A stretch of 64,000 nt of DNA, taken from the NCBI GenBank assembly GCA_019119895.1, contig DWWD01000021.1, positions 11,789 to 75,788 on the forward strand. Direction: 5' to 3'. The DNA comes from Candidatus Anaerostipes avistercoris (GTDB taxonomy: Bacteria > Bacillota > Clostridia > Lachnospirales > Lachnospiraceae). A program made the position numbers and the translations under genes. Numbering within the stretch: the first letter of the stretch is position 1; the number at the start of each line of letters is the position of its first letter. Of the stretch, positions 40,215 through 48,704 are shown piece after piece. Under the pieces are notes generated by a model, which worked only from the letters and a program-made list of their open reading frames with translations, searched no databases and was not told the origin of the DNA.

Positions 40215-41009
40215 ATGGAGCTTCAAAAATTGCAGTATACCGTAGAAGACGGTGTCGGAATTATTGCGATGTACTATCCCCAAAATTTGAATGCAATTGA
40301 TGAACAAATGGCGGATGAATTGTTGTATGTGGTAGATGCCTGTGAAAACGATCCAGAGGTAAAAGTCGTCGTGATGAAAGGAATGCCGAAGGCTTTTTCT
40401 GCAGGAGGTGATATTGGATATTTTTATGATATCATCCAGCAGGGCGGTGAAGTCAACATGGATTCATTATTTGACAAGGTCGGCAATGTAACAAATGGGT
40501 TAAAGCGTATGAGTAAACTTGTTATTGCACAGGTAAGCGGAGCGGCGGCCGGAGCAGGGGTCAGCCTTGCCTTTTCTGCGGATTTTGTCGTATGCGCGGA
40601 CAATGCAAAGTTTATCATGGCATTTGTTAATCTTGGACTGGTGCCGGATACAGGGGGTACATATTTGCTTGTGAAGAGTCTTGGCGCCCAACGGGCGATG
40701 GAACTATGCGCGACAGGACGCCCGCTGAAAGCTCAGGAGGCGAAAGATGCAGGAATTGTCTATGATGTGGTGGCTGCGGACGAACTGGATGAGACAGTTA
40801 TGAAACTGGCGAAAAAATTTGCGGCAGGACCTCTTCTTTCTTACAAAAATATCAAGAAGCAGATTTATCAGGCAAGCTTCTATGATTATAAAAAATATCT
40901 GGATGAATGTGAGATTCCGACACAAAGCGAATGCGCCGCGTCAAAAGACTTTATCGAAGGCGTCAAGGCATTTATGGAAAAACGAAGGGCAGAATTTAAA
41001 GGTGAATGA
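40215..41009 (+). CDS. crotonase-superfamily enzyme, PaaG-like enoyl-CoA isomerase
   Basis: FSAGGD, AAGAG, AKFIMAFVNLGLVPDTGGTYLL, EGVKAFMEKR. Confidence 0.88.
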   Translation: MELQKLQYTVEDGVGIIAMYYPQNLNAIDEQMADELLYVVDACENDPEVKVVVMKGMPKAFSAGGDIGYFYDIIQQGGEVNMDSLFDKVGNVTNGLKRMSKLVIAQVSGAAAGAGVSLAFSADFVVCADNAKFIMAFVNLGLVPDTGGTYLLVKSLGAQRAMELCATGRPLKAQEAKDAGIVYDVVAADELDETVMKLAKKFAAGPLLSYKNIKKQIYQASFYDYKKYLDECEIPTQSECAASKDFIEGVKAFMEKRRAEFKGE

Positions 41010-41062
41010 TACAATGTTGAAAGAATTTCAGGTTCCTTCAAGGTGAAGGAATGTGAGGAGGG

Positions 41063-41788
41063 ATGTCATTGAAATCAAAGGTAGTAACAAGAGAGGAAGC
41101 TCTTGAGAAGATCCACAGCGGTCAGACCATTATGTTTGGAGACTGGCATGGAGAATTTTCCGCGGAAGAAATTATCAGCGGTATGCTGGAAAAAGGCGTA
41201 ACAGATATCGACGCGATCGCAGTGTCTGCCGGTATGCCGGACCAGGGTCTCGGACGCCTGATCAATGAAAGAAGGGTGAAGAGCCTGATCACAACCCATA
41301 TTGGTTTGAATCCGGTAGCGCGGGATCAGATGTTTGCAGGAGAACTGGAAATAGAATTCAGTCCGCAGGGTACATTTGCAGAAAGGATTCGATGCGGAGG
41401 CGCGGGACTCGGAGGATGTCTGACACCAACCGGCATCGGGACGGACGTGGAAAAAGGCAAAGAGAAGCTCACGATCAATGGAAAAGAATATCTGCTGGAA
41501 CTGCCGCTTCGTGCTGATGTGGCGCTGATCAAGGCGACGAAAGCTGATACGGCAGGAAATATTTCTTTCAGAATGAACTCAAGGGCCACGAACAGTACGA
41601 TGGCGATGGCGGCTGACTGGGTTATAGCAGAAGTAGAAGAGATCGTAGAAGTTGGAGAATTGGGACCGGAAGAGATTGATGTTCCGGCACCTGTAATCGA
41701 CATGGTCTATGAGAGGACCGGAGAGAAGAGGTATCTGTGTCCGATGTGGCAGAAGTTAAAGGCAAAAGCGGAAGGGGGCAAGGCATAA
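41063..41788 (+). CDS. class I CoA-transferase subunit A (AtoD/ScoA-like, divergent)
   Basis: ITTHIG.NP, PQGTFAERIRCGGAGLGG.LTPTG.GT, ADVALIKA. Start may be TTG 41069. Confidence 0.88.
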   Translation: MSLKSKVVTREEALEKIHSGQTIMFGDWHGEFSAEEIISGMLEKGVTDIDAIAVSAGMPDQGLGRLINERRVKSLITTHIGLNPVARDQMFAGELEIEFSPQGTFAERIRCGGAGLGGCLTPTGIGTDVEKGKEKLTINGKEYLLELPLRADVALIKATKADTAGNISFRMNSRATNSTMAMAADWVIAEVEEIVEVGELGPEEIDVPAPVIDMVYERTGEKRYLCPMWQKLKAKAEGGKA

Positions 41789-42447
41789 TGGCGGAATTGA
41801 AAGGACGTAAATTAATTGCATCTCGCTGCGCAAAGTTTTTCAAAGATGGAGATTTTGTCAATCTTGGGATTGGTCTTCCACTGATGTGTGTAAATTATCT
41901 GCCGGAAGGCGTAGATCTCTGGCTGGAAGCGGAGATTGGGACTGTAGGCAGTGGAGCGACTCCGAAATGGGGAGAAGAAGATATTGATGTCATTGATGCG
42001 GGAGGACAGCCAGCTTCTGTGATTAAGGGCGGCAGTGTATGTGACCATGAGACTTCTTTTGCCTATATCAGAGGCGGACATATCGATGCGGCAGTGCTGG
42101 GAACTTTACAGGTAGACGAAGAAGGAAATATCGCTAATTGGACCATTCCTGGGAAACTGGTTCCTGGAATGGGTGGAGCGATGGATTTGTGTGCGGGAGT
42201 CAAGCGTATCATCGTTGCTACAGATCACTGTGAAAAAAGTGGAAGATCTAAAATATTAAAAAAATGTACGCTGCCGCTGACCGGTGTCAAATGTGTGACG
42301 GATATCGTGACGGAGAAATGTTATTTCCAGGTAGGTTCGGACGGACTGATTCTCAGGGAACTGGCGCCTGGATATACTGTGGAAGATGTTCTGGCAAGCA
42401 CGGAAGCAAAGGTAATTATACCGGACGAGATTGGCGTAATGGAATAA
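41788..42447 (+). CDS. class I CoA-transferase subunit B (AtoA/ScoB-like)
   Basis: VNLGIGLP, AEIG (catalytic Glu position), RGGHID...LG..QVD..G.IANW, GMGGAMDL. TAATG coupling to subunit A. Confidence 0.9.
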   Translation: MAELKGRKLIASRCAKFFKDGDFVNLGIGLPLMCVNYLPEGVDLWLEAEIGTVGSGATPKWGEEDIDVIDAGGQPASVIKGGSVCDHETSFAYIRGGHIDAAVLGTLQVDEEGNIANWTIPGKLVPGMGGAMDLCAGVKRIIVATDHCEKSGRSKILKKCTLPLTGVKCVTDIVTEKCYFQVGSDGLILRELAPGYTVEDVLASTEAKVIIPDEIGVME

Positions 42448-42467
42448 GCAAAATCATAAAAAGCCTG

Positions 42468-42502
42468 AAAACCTGTGGGAGAAAATTTTCCTGCAGGTTT
42501 TT
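42468..42502 (+). terminator. intrinsic terminator
   Basis: AAAACCTGTGGGA...TCCTGCAGGTTTT followed by a T-run. Confidence 0.65.
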
Positions 42503-42622
42503 TAAGAATTCGGTCTGGGAGAGAATGGTATTTTCTGTAAAAGATTCGCTTTACGAAGCCGCAGCTTGATGTTATACTAAAATCCGTCGAAATAATTGAA
42601 AAAATAAGAATGGGAGATAAGA

Positions 42623-43609
42623 ATGAGAATAAGAATTGGAATTTTAGGATATGGAAATTTAGGACGGGGAGTAGAGTGTGCGGTAAAACAGAATCCTGAC
42701 ATGGAAGTAGCGGCCGTTTTTACAAGGAGAGATCCGAAAGACGTGACAATTCTGACAGAATCAGCGCAGGTGTGTCATGTGTCAGAAGCAGAGAAATGGA
42801 CGGATAAGATTGACGTCATGATCTTGTGTGGAGGAAGCGCAACCGACCTTCCGGAACAAACGCCGAAATATGCATCTATGTTCCATGTGGTGGACAGCTT
42901 TGATACTCACGCAAGAATTCCGGAACATTTTGCTAATGTAGACGCTGCTGCAAAAGAAGGCGGGAAAGTCGGTGTTATTTCTGTGGGCTGGGATCCGGGA
43001 ATGTTTTCATTAAACCGTATGTATGCCAATGCGATTCTTCCGGAAGGAAAAGACTATACATTCTGGGGCAAAGGTGTAAGCCAGGGACACTCTGACGCGA
43101 TCCGACGGGTAAAAGGAGTAAAAGACGGAAAGCAGTATACGATTCCTGTGGACGCGGCTCTGGAAGCAGTGAGAAATGGAGAAGATCCGGATCTGACCAC
43201 AAGAGAAAAACATACAAGAGAGTGCTTTGTTGTACTGGAAGACGGCGCCGACGCGGCGGCAGTAGAAGAAGAAATCAAAAACATGCCGAATTATTTTGTG
43301 GATTATGATACAACTGTACATTTTATCAGTGAGGAAGAATTAAAAAGAGACCACAGCGGAATCCCTCACGGAGGCTTTGTTCTCCGAAGCGGAAGAACCG
43401 GATGGGAAGGAGAAAATCATCACCTGATTGAATACAGCCTGAAATTAGACTCCAATCCGGAATTTACTTCCAGTGTGATCGCAGCTTACGCAAGAGCGGC
43501 TTATAAACTTGCCGAAGAAGGACAGACCGGCTGCAAGACTGTATTTGATATCGCGCCGGCTTATTTAAGTCCGAAAACAGGAGAGGAACTTCGTGCATCT
43601 TTATTATAG
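42623..43609 (+). CDS. ddh: meso-diaminopimelate D-dehydrogenase
   Basis: GYGNLGRG, CGGSATD, DSFDTH, GWDPGMFS, FWG.GVSQGHSDA, NPEFT. Confidence 0.96.
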   Translation: MRIRIGILGYGNLGRGVECAVKQNPDMEVAAVFTRRDPKDVTILTESAQVCHVSEAEKWTDKIDVMILCGGSATDLPEQTPKYASMFHVVDSFDTHARIPEHFANVDAAAKEGGKVGVISVGWDPGMFSLNRMYANAILPEGKDYTFWGKGVSQGHSDAIRRVKGVKDGKQYTIPVDAALEAVRNGEDPDLTTREKHTRECFVVLEDGADAAAVEEEIKNMPNYFVDYDTTVHFISEEELKRDHSGIPHGGFVLRSGRTGWEGENHHLIEYSLKLDSNPEFTSSVIAAYARAAYKLAEEGQTGCKTVFDIAPAYLSPKTGEELRASLL

Positions 43610-44279
43610 GCAGGAAGGAACCGGAGAACCCCTGATTCTTCTTCATGGAAATGGAGAGGATGGAAGTTATTTTGCGAAAGTCATGGAGTATTTTTCCGTT
43701 CAGTATAAGGTGACTGCAGTCGACACCAGAGGGCATGGAAAATCTCCCAGAGGAGATGCTCCATTTACAATCCGCCAGTTTGCGGAGGATCTGAAAGAAT
43801 TTATGGATCAGCAGAACATTGAGCGGGCGAACCTTCTCGGTTTTTCAGACGGAGGTAATATCGCGCTAATCTTCGCCCTTCGTTATCCTGAACGGGTGAA
43901 AAAGCTTATTTTAAACGGTGCGAATCTGGATTCCGGCGGGGTCCGGCCGCTGACGCAGATTCCCATTGAAATCGGGTACCGGTTTGCGGCGGCGTTCGGG
44001 AAATTCAGCCGGAAGGCAAAAGCCAGTGCGGAAATGCTGGGGCTTATGGTAAATGATCCCAATATTGAGAAAGACCGGCTTCGCGAACTTACAATGCCGG
44101 TTCTGGTCATTGCGGGAAAGAATGATATGATAAAACAGGCTCATACAGAAATGATTGCCAGAAGCATTCCAAACGCCTGGCTTTCGATTCTTCCCGGGGA
44201 TCATTTTATCGCTTACAAAGAGTCGAAAATGTTCTGCAAAGAGGTGGAAGGCTTCCTGAAAGAGGGAGAAAATCTGTAA
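43593..44279 (+). CDS. alpha/beta-fold hydrolase
   Basis: LLHGNG, DTRGHG.S, GFSDGG nucleophile elbow, GDHF. GTG start overlapping the ddh end. Confidence 0.88.
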   Translation: MHLYYRQEGTGEPLILLHGNGEDGSYFAKVMEYFSVQYKVTAVDTRGHGKSPRGDAPFTIRQFAEDLKEFMDQQNIERANLLGFSDGGNIALIFALRYPERVKKLILNGANLDSGGVRPLTQIPIEIGYRFAAAFGKFSRKAKASAEMLGLMVNDPNIEKDRLRELTMPVLVIAGKNDMIKQAHTEMIARSIPNAWLSILPGDHFIAYKESKMFCKEVEGFLKEGENL

Positions 44280-44429
44280 ATGATCAGACAAAAAATGGGA
44301 AAATGAGAAAAAAACCGACAAATCATGCCAGGGAATGAAATGATTCTAAAATAAGTATAAAGTCTCTTGATTTCGTTATATACTAAAGGTATAATGCTTA
44401 TCAAGCAGAGAAGAAAGAAGGGAGCATTT

Positions 44430-45137
44430 ATGTTTTACCCATATGGATTTTATTTTGATCGTACCTATATTCTAATTATTATCGGAGCGATCATCACAAT
44501 GGTTGCGTCTTCAAAAATGAATTCCACATTCCGAAGGTATTCCAGAGTGCGGTGTCACAGCGGACTGACGGGATCTCAGGCGGCAGAAAGGATTCTTAAC
44601 ATGGCAGGGATTTATGATGTCTCTGTACAGCGGGTAAGAGGAAACTTAACGGATCATTATGATCCGAGGAATAAAGTACTGCGTCTGTCTGATTCCACTT
44701 ATGGGTCAGATTCCATTGCGGCGATCGGTGTAGCGGCCCATGAGTGCGGTCATGCGATTCAGCATCAGAAGGGATATGTGCCTCTGACGATCCGGGGAGC
44801 ACTGGTGCCGATTGTCAATATTGGATCCAATTTATCATGGGTGTTTATCATTGCGGGAATTTTTTTGGGCATGAATCAGTCACTGATTCATTTTGGAATT
44901 ATACTATTTTCCCTGGCGGTTATTTTCCAGCTGGTGACGCTGCCGGTTGAATTTAACGCTTCTGCCAGAGCGCTGAAAATCCTCGGCAATACCGGAATCA
45001 TGTATGGCGATGAGGTGGAACAGACGAGGAAAGTGCTGTCAGCCGCTGCCCTGACTTATGTTGCAGGCGCCGCTGCCGCATTGCTGAGTCTGCTTCGATT
45101 GATTCTCTTATTTGGAGGAAATGACAGAGATAATTAA
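44430..45137 (+). CDS. membrane zinc metallopeptidase (YugP family)
   Basis: LTDHYDP, AAHECGHAIQ (HExxH), TLPVEFNAS.RA, AAALTYVA. Start at ATG 44430; promoter TTGATT-17-TATAAT at 44367-44395. Confidence 0.92.
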   Translation: MFYPYGFYFDRTYILIIIGAIITMVASSKMNSTFRRYSRVRCHSGLTGSQAAERILNMAGIYDVSVQRVRGNLTDHYDPRNKVLRLSDSTYGSDSIAAIGVAAHECGHAIQHQKGYVPLTIRGALVPIVNIGSNLSWVFIIAGIFLGMNQSLIHFGIILFSLAVIFQLVTLPVEFNASARALKILGNTGIMYGDEVEQTRKVLSAAALTYVAGAAAALLSLLRLILLFGGNDRDN

Positions 45138-45180
45138 TAGAATACAGCCTTTAGCGCTGAAACAAAACAGAAAGAATCAA

Positions 45181-45219
45181 AAAATCCCTTCGGATCATTG
45201 TAAAGTCCGGAGGGATTTT
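45181..45219. terminator. bidirectional terminator
   Basis: AAAATCCCTTCGGA/TCCGGAGGGATTTT. Confidence 0.8.
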
Positions 45220-45223
45220 CAGT

Positions 45224-45643
45224 TTAAGAAAGCGGGCGTTCCCGCCTTTCTTTATCCGGCAGAGATTCATGGATTTTGGTGGTGCCGGCTTTCATCGCTG
45301 TTTCATAGTACCAGCATTTATAGTCGATCATTTCCAGAGTCTCTTTTAATTCATTGATCTTACGCAGGGTTTCTTCCCTGCATTCCTGAAACATTTCATA
45401 GCGCAGCTGAATGGTGGAGTCGCCTTCGGAGCACCAGTCAATGAACTGTTTGATTTTTTTGATGGAAAGACCGGTCTTTTTTAAGCATTCAATGATGGAA
45501 AGCCGGTCCAGATCATCGTCGTCAAATTTGCGGATTCCCGAATCTGTACGGCTGACAGAAGGCAGCAGGCCTTCCTTTTCATAATACCGCAGAGTAGACG
45601 GCGGAATGTTTGTTTTTTTGGAAACTTCACCTATTGTATACAT
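45224..45643 (-). CDS. MerR-family regulator, AdhR/YyaN-like
   Basis: YTIGEVSK...STLRYYEKEGL, IIECLKKTGLSI (conserved Cys), KCWYYE. Confidence 0.9.
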   Translation of the reverse strand: MYTIGEVSKKTNIPPSTLRYYEKEGLLPSVSRTDSGIRKFDDDDLDRLSIIECLKKTGLSIKKIKQFIDWCSEGDSTIQLRYEMFQECREETLRKINELKETLEMIDYKCWYYETAMKAGTTKIHESLPDKERRERPLS

Positions 45644-45659
45644 AACAATCCTTTCTTTC

Positions 45660-45690
45660 TTGACTTCAAGTGAACTTTAAGTGCTAAGAT
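45660..45690 (+). promoter_or_regulatory. MerR-type promoter with AdhR-like box
   Basis: TTGACT-19 bp-TAAGAT overlapping CTTCAAG-N4-CTTTAAG (45664-45681). Confidence 0.8.
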
Positions 45691-45729
45691 GATTGTACAT
45701 CGAAAAAGAGAAGACTGCAAGAATGAATC

Positions 45730-45758
45730 TTGAGATGGAGAGAGATTCGAAGTACAAT
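45730..45758 (+). promoter_or_regulatory. second, standard sigma-A promoter upstream of larB
   Basis: TTGAGA-17 bp-TACAAT. Confidence 0.65.
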
Positions 45759-45792
45759 AGATAAGAATAAAACGGAGGTATAGGACTTACTG

Positions 45793-46542
45793 ATGGAAGT
45801 ACATGAAATATTGGAAAAAGTGAAAGAAGGGGCCATGTCTGTGGAGGAAGCACAGCGGTATCTCCAGAGGCAGCCTTTTGAGGAATTAGGATATGCAAAA
45901 CTGGACACCCAGAGAAAAATCCGCTCCGGATTTGCGGAGGTGATTTTCTGCAGCGGGAAAGCAGATGAGCATCTAAAGCAGATTGTCGGACGGCTGTATG
46001 AGGAAGAAGGAGAGGTGTTCGGAACAAGAGCCACAAAAGCGCAGTATGAAATGCTGAAAAAAGCATATCCGAAAATTGAGTATGATGAGATTTCCCATAT
46101 TATAAAAATAGAGAAAAAAGATAAGGAAAAAATCGGGGAAATTGCCGTGTGCACCGCCGGCACCGCGGATATTTCTGTGGCGGAAGAAGCGGCGCAGACC
46201 GCGGAATATTTCGGCTCCCGGGTGGAGCGGATCTATGATGTGGGAGTCAGCGGCCTGCACCGTCTGCTGGCCAGACTGGATACGATTCAGAGTGCTAACT
46301 GCGTCATTGCAATCGCCGGTATGGAAGGTGCTCTGGCAAGCGTTATCGGCGGACTGGTGGACAAGCCGGTGATCGCAGTGCCTACTTCCGTGGGATACGG
46401 TGCCAACATGAATGGACTGTCAGCACTCCTAACTATGATCAACTCCTGTGCCAACGGCATTGCGGTGGTCAATATTGACAATGGTTACGGAGCGGGTTAC
46501 ATAGCGACACAGATTAATAGATTGGGGGTAAGACATGAATAA
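45793..46542 (+). CDS. larB: nickel-pincer cofactor biosynthesis carboxylase/hydrolase LarB
   Basis: AKLDTQR..R.GFAEVIF..GK, AGTADI.VAEEA, DVGVSGLHRL, AGMEGAL, PTSVGYG, VNIDNGYGA. Confidence 0.95.
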   Translation: MEVHEILEKVKEGAMSVEEAQRYLQRQPFEELGYAKLDTQRKIRSGFAEVIFCSGKADEHLKQIVGRLYEEEGEVFGTRATKAQYEMLKKAYPKIEYDEISHIIKIEKKDKEKIGEIAVCTAGTADISVAEEAAQTAEYFGSRVERIYDVGVSGLHRLLARLDTIQSANCVIAIAGMEGALASVIGGLVDKPVIAVPTSVGYGANMNGLSALLTMINSCANGIAVVNIDNGYGAGYIATQINRLGVRHE

Positions 46543-47878
46543 AACATTGTATCTGGAATGCTGCAGCGGAATCAGCGGCGATATGTTTGTCGGCGCAATG
46601 CTGGATCTCGGCGCAGACCAGGAGGGATTGAAAGAAGTCCTCAAAAGTCTTCCTGCAGACGGATTTGAGATCAAAATAACGAAGAAAAAGAAAGCAGGGC
46701 TTGTGGGATGTGATTTTGATGTGGTTCTGGATCAGGAACATGAAAATCACGATCATGATATGGAGTATCTTCACGGTCATGACCCTGAATTCCAAAAATC
46801 CCATCATCATGAACATGGAGAGGAGAGCCATCATCACAGCCACGGACATGACCATCATGATCATGAGCATCACGGGCATCATCACCATCATCACGGGGAA
46901 CATTCCCACGAACACAGAGGACTGGCAGATGTGCTGGAAATCATAAATCAGTCCGGATTAAATGAACACGCAAAGAAAACCGCTTCTGATATATTTCATA
47001 TTATCGCGGAAGCGGAGGCAAAGGCTCACGGTGAACCGATAGATCAGGTGCATTTTCACGAGGTGGGCGCCGTTGATTCCATTGCAGATATCTGTGCGGC
47101 GGCATACTGCCTGGACAATCTGGAGATTGAGGAAGTCATTGTTCCGGAGTTATATGAAGGAAGCGGCACGGTCCGCTGTCAGCACGGAGTGATTCCGGTT
47201 CCGGTTCCTGCCGTGACGCATATTGCGGCGGATCATCATCTGTCACTTCGCATGACAGGAGTCAGAGGAGAATTGGTGACGCCGACCGGAGCGGCCATTG
47301 CGGCTGCCATCCGTACGTCCGAACATCTTCCTGAGAAGTTCAGGATCATAAAAACGGGAATCGGTACGGGAAAACGGGATTATGAATGTCCTGGAATTTT
47401 AAGAGCCATGCTGATTAAGCCGGAGACCGGGAAACAGGATGAAATCTGGAAACTGGAAAGCAACATGGATGACTGCAGCGGAGAGGTGTTTGGAAACCTT
47501 ATGGAAACATTGTTCCGGGCGGGAGCCAGAGATGTCCACTATTTCCCTGTTTATATGAAGAAAAACCGTCCGGCGTATCAGTTAAACGTCATTTGCGATG
47601 AAGAAAAAATACCGAAACTGGAAGAGGTGATTTTCCGGGAGACAACGACCATAGGAATCCGCCGTGTCAGAATGAAACGAACCGTACTGAAACGAAGAGA
47701 AGAGGAAATCAGAGGTTGGTTTGGCACAGCGAAGGTAAAGGTATGCAGTCTTCCGGCAGGCGAGCGGGCTTATCCGGAATATGAGAGTGTAAAGACCATA
47801 AGTCAGGAACAGGGGATCTCTTACATGGATGCTTATTATGAGGTTGTGGAAGCCTGGAAAGAGCAGAAAAAGTCATGA
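46535..47878 (+). CDS. larC: nickel insertase LarC
   Basis: SGISGDM..GA, His-rich insert, VHFHEVGAVDSIAD, ELVTPTGAAI, ESNMDD, MKKNRP, RETTTIGIR, PEYES. Confidence 0.95.
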   Translation: MNKTLYLECCSGISGDMFVGAMLDLGADQEGLKEVLKSLPADGFEIKITKKKKAGLVGCDFDVVLDQEHENHDHDMEYLHGHDPEFQKSHHHEHGEESHHHSHGHDHHDHEHHGHHHHHHGEHSHEHRGLADVLEIINQSGLNEHAKKTASDIFHIIAEAEAKAHGEPIDQVHFHEVGAVDSIADICAAAYCLDNLEIEEVIVPELYEGSGTVRCQHGVIPVPVPAVTHIAADHHLSLRMTGVRGELVTPTGAAIAAAIRTSEHLPEKFRIIKTGIGTGKRDYECPGILRAMLIKPETGKQDEIWKLESNMDDCSGEVFGNLMETLFRAGARDVHYFPVYMKKNRPAYQLNVICDEEKIPKLEEVIFRETTTIGIRRVRMKRTVLKRREEEIRGWFGTAKVKVCSLPAGERAYPEYESVKTISQEQGISYMDAYYEVVEAWKEQKKS

Positions 47879-48702
47879 ATAAATATATAAAACTCAGAGA
47901 ACAGATGGAACAGTTTGCGGCCGCTGATGTTGTGGTGGCATTTTCCGGCGGCGTGGACAGCAGTCTCCTGCTGAAAATGGCCTGTGAGGCGGCAGAAAAG
48001 ACCGGGAAAAAGGTTTACGCCGCCGTCGTTCATACTATGCTCCATCCGGCAGGAGAACTGGAGGCGGCAAAAGAAGCGGCAGCCAAAATGGGGGCGGAGC
48101 CATGTGCTCTGTACATCGATGAATTAAAAGAAGCCGGTATTGAAAACAATCCGGAAGACCGCTGCTACCGCTGTAAAAAACATCTGTTTCAGAAAATCAG
48201 AGAACTGGCGTCCGAAAAAGGGACTTCTGTTATACTGGAAGGGACCAATGAGGATGATCTTCATGTTTACCGTCCGGGAATCCGGGCAGTCCGGGAACTG
48301 AAAATTTATAGTCCCCTGGCGGATGCGGGCTTTTCAAAAGAGGAAGTCCGTGCCCTGGCGGGAGAATACGGTCTGGAAGCTTCTTCCAAGCCGTCCATGC
48401 CGTGTCTGGCCACCAGATTTCCATATGGAGCCAGACTGACTTATGACAAACTGCATCAGGCAGACCAGGGGGAAATTTTTTTAAGAAATCTCGGATTTAA
48501 AAATGTCAGGATCCGGGTCTATGGCGACCTGGTCCGGCTGGAAATAGATAAAGAAGAGATGGGAGGTCTGATTGCTCAGAAAGAGAAAATTATTGAATAT
48601 TTAAAGAAATTAGGATATTCCTATATTACACTGGACCTGGAAGGATTCCGGTCCGGCAGCATGGATATCCATATTAATCAGGAAAAAGAAGGGAGAAAGT
48701 AA
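47875..48702 (+). CDS. larE: ATP-dependent sulfur transferase LarE
   Basis: PP-loop FSGGVDS, RCYRCK, RPG..A, SPL, PCLATRFPYG, GFRSGSM. Confidence 0.95.
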   Translation: MNKYIKLREQMEQFAAADVVVAFSGGVDSSLLLKMACEAAEKTGKKVYAAVVHTMLHPAGELEAAKEAAAKMGAEPCALYIDELKEAGIENNPEDRCYRCKKHLFQKIRELASEKGTSVILEGTNEDDLHVYRPGIRAVRELKIYSPLADAGFSKEEVRALAGEYGLEASSKPSMPCLATRFPYGARLTYDKLHQADQGEIFLRNLGFKNVRIRVYGDLVRLEIDKEEMGGLIAQKEKIIEYLKKLGYSYITLDLEGFRSGSMDIHINQEKEGRK

Positions 48703-48704
48703 TT

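Noticed and set aside
46535-47878. Programmed frameshift in larC as in L. plantarum
   Set aside because: The ORF is continuous and contains both N- and C-terminal LarC motifs.
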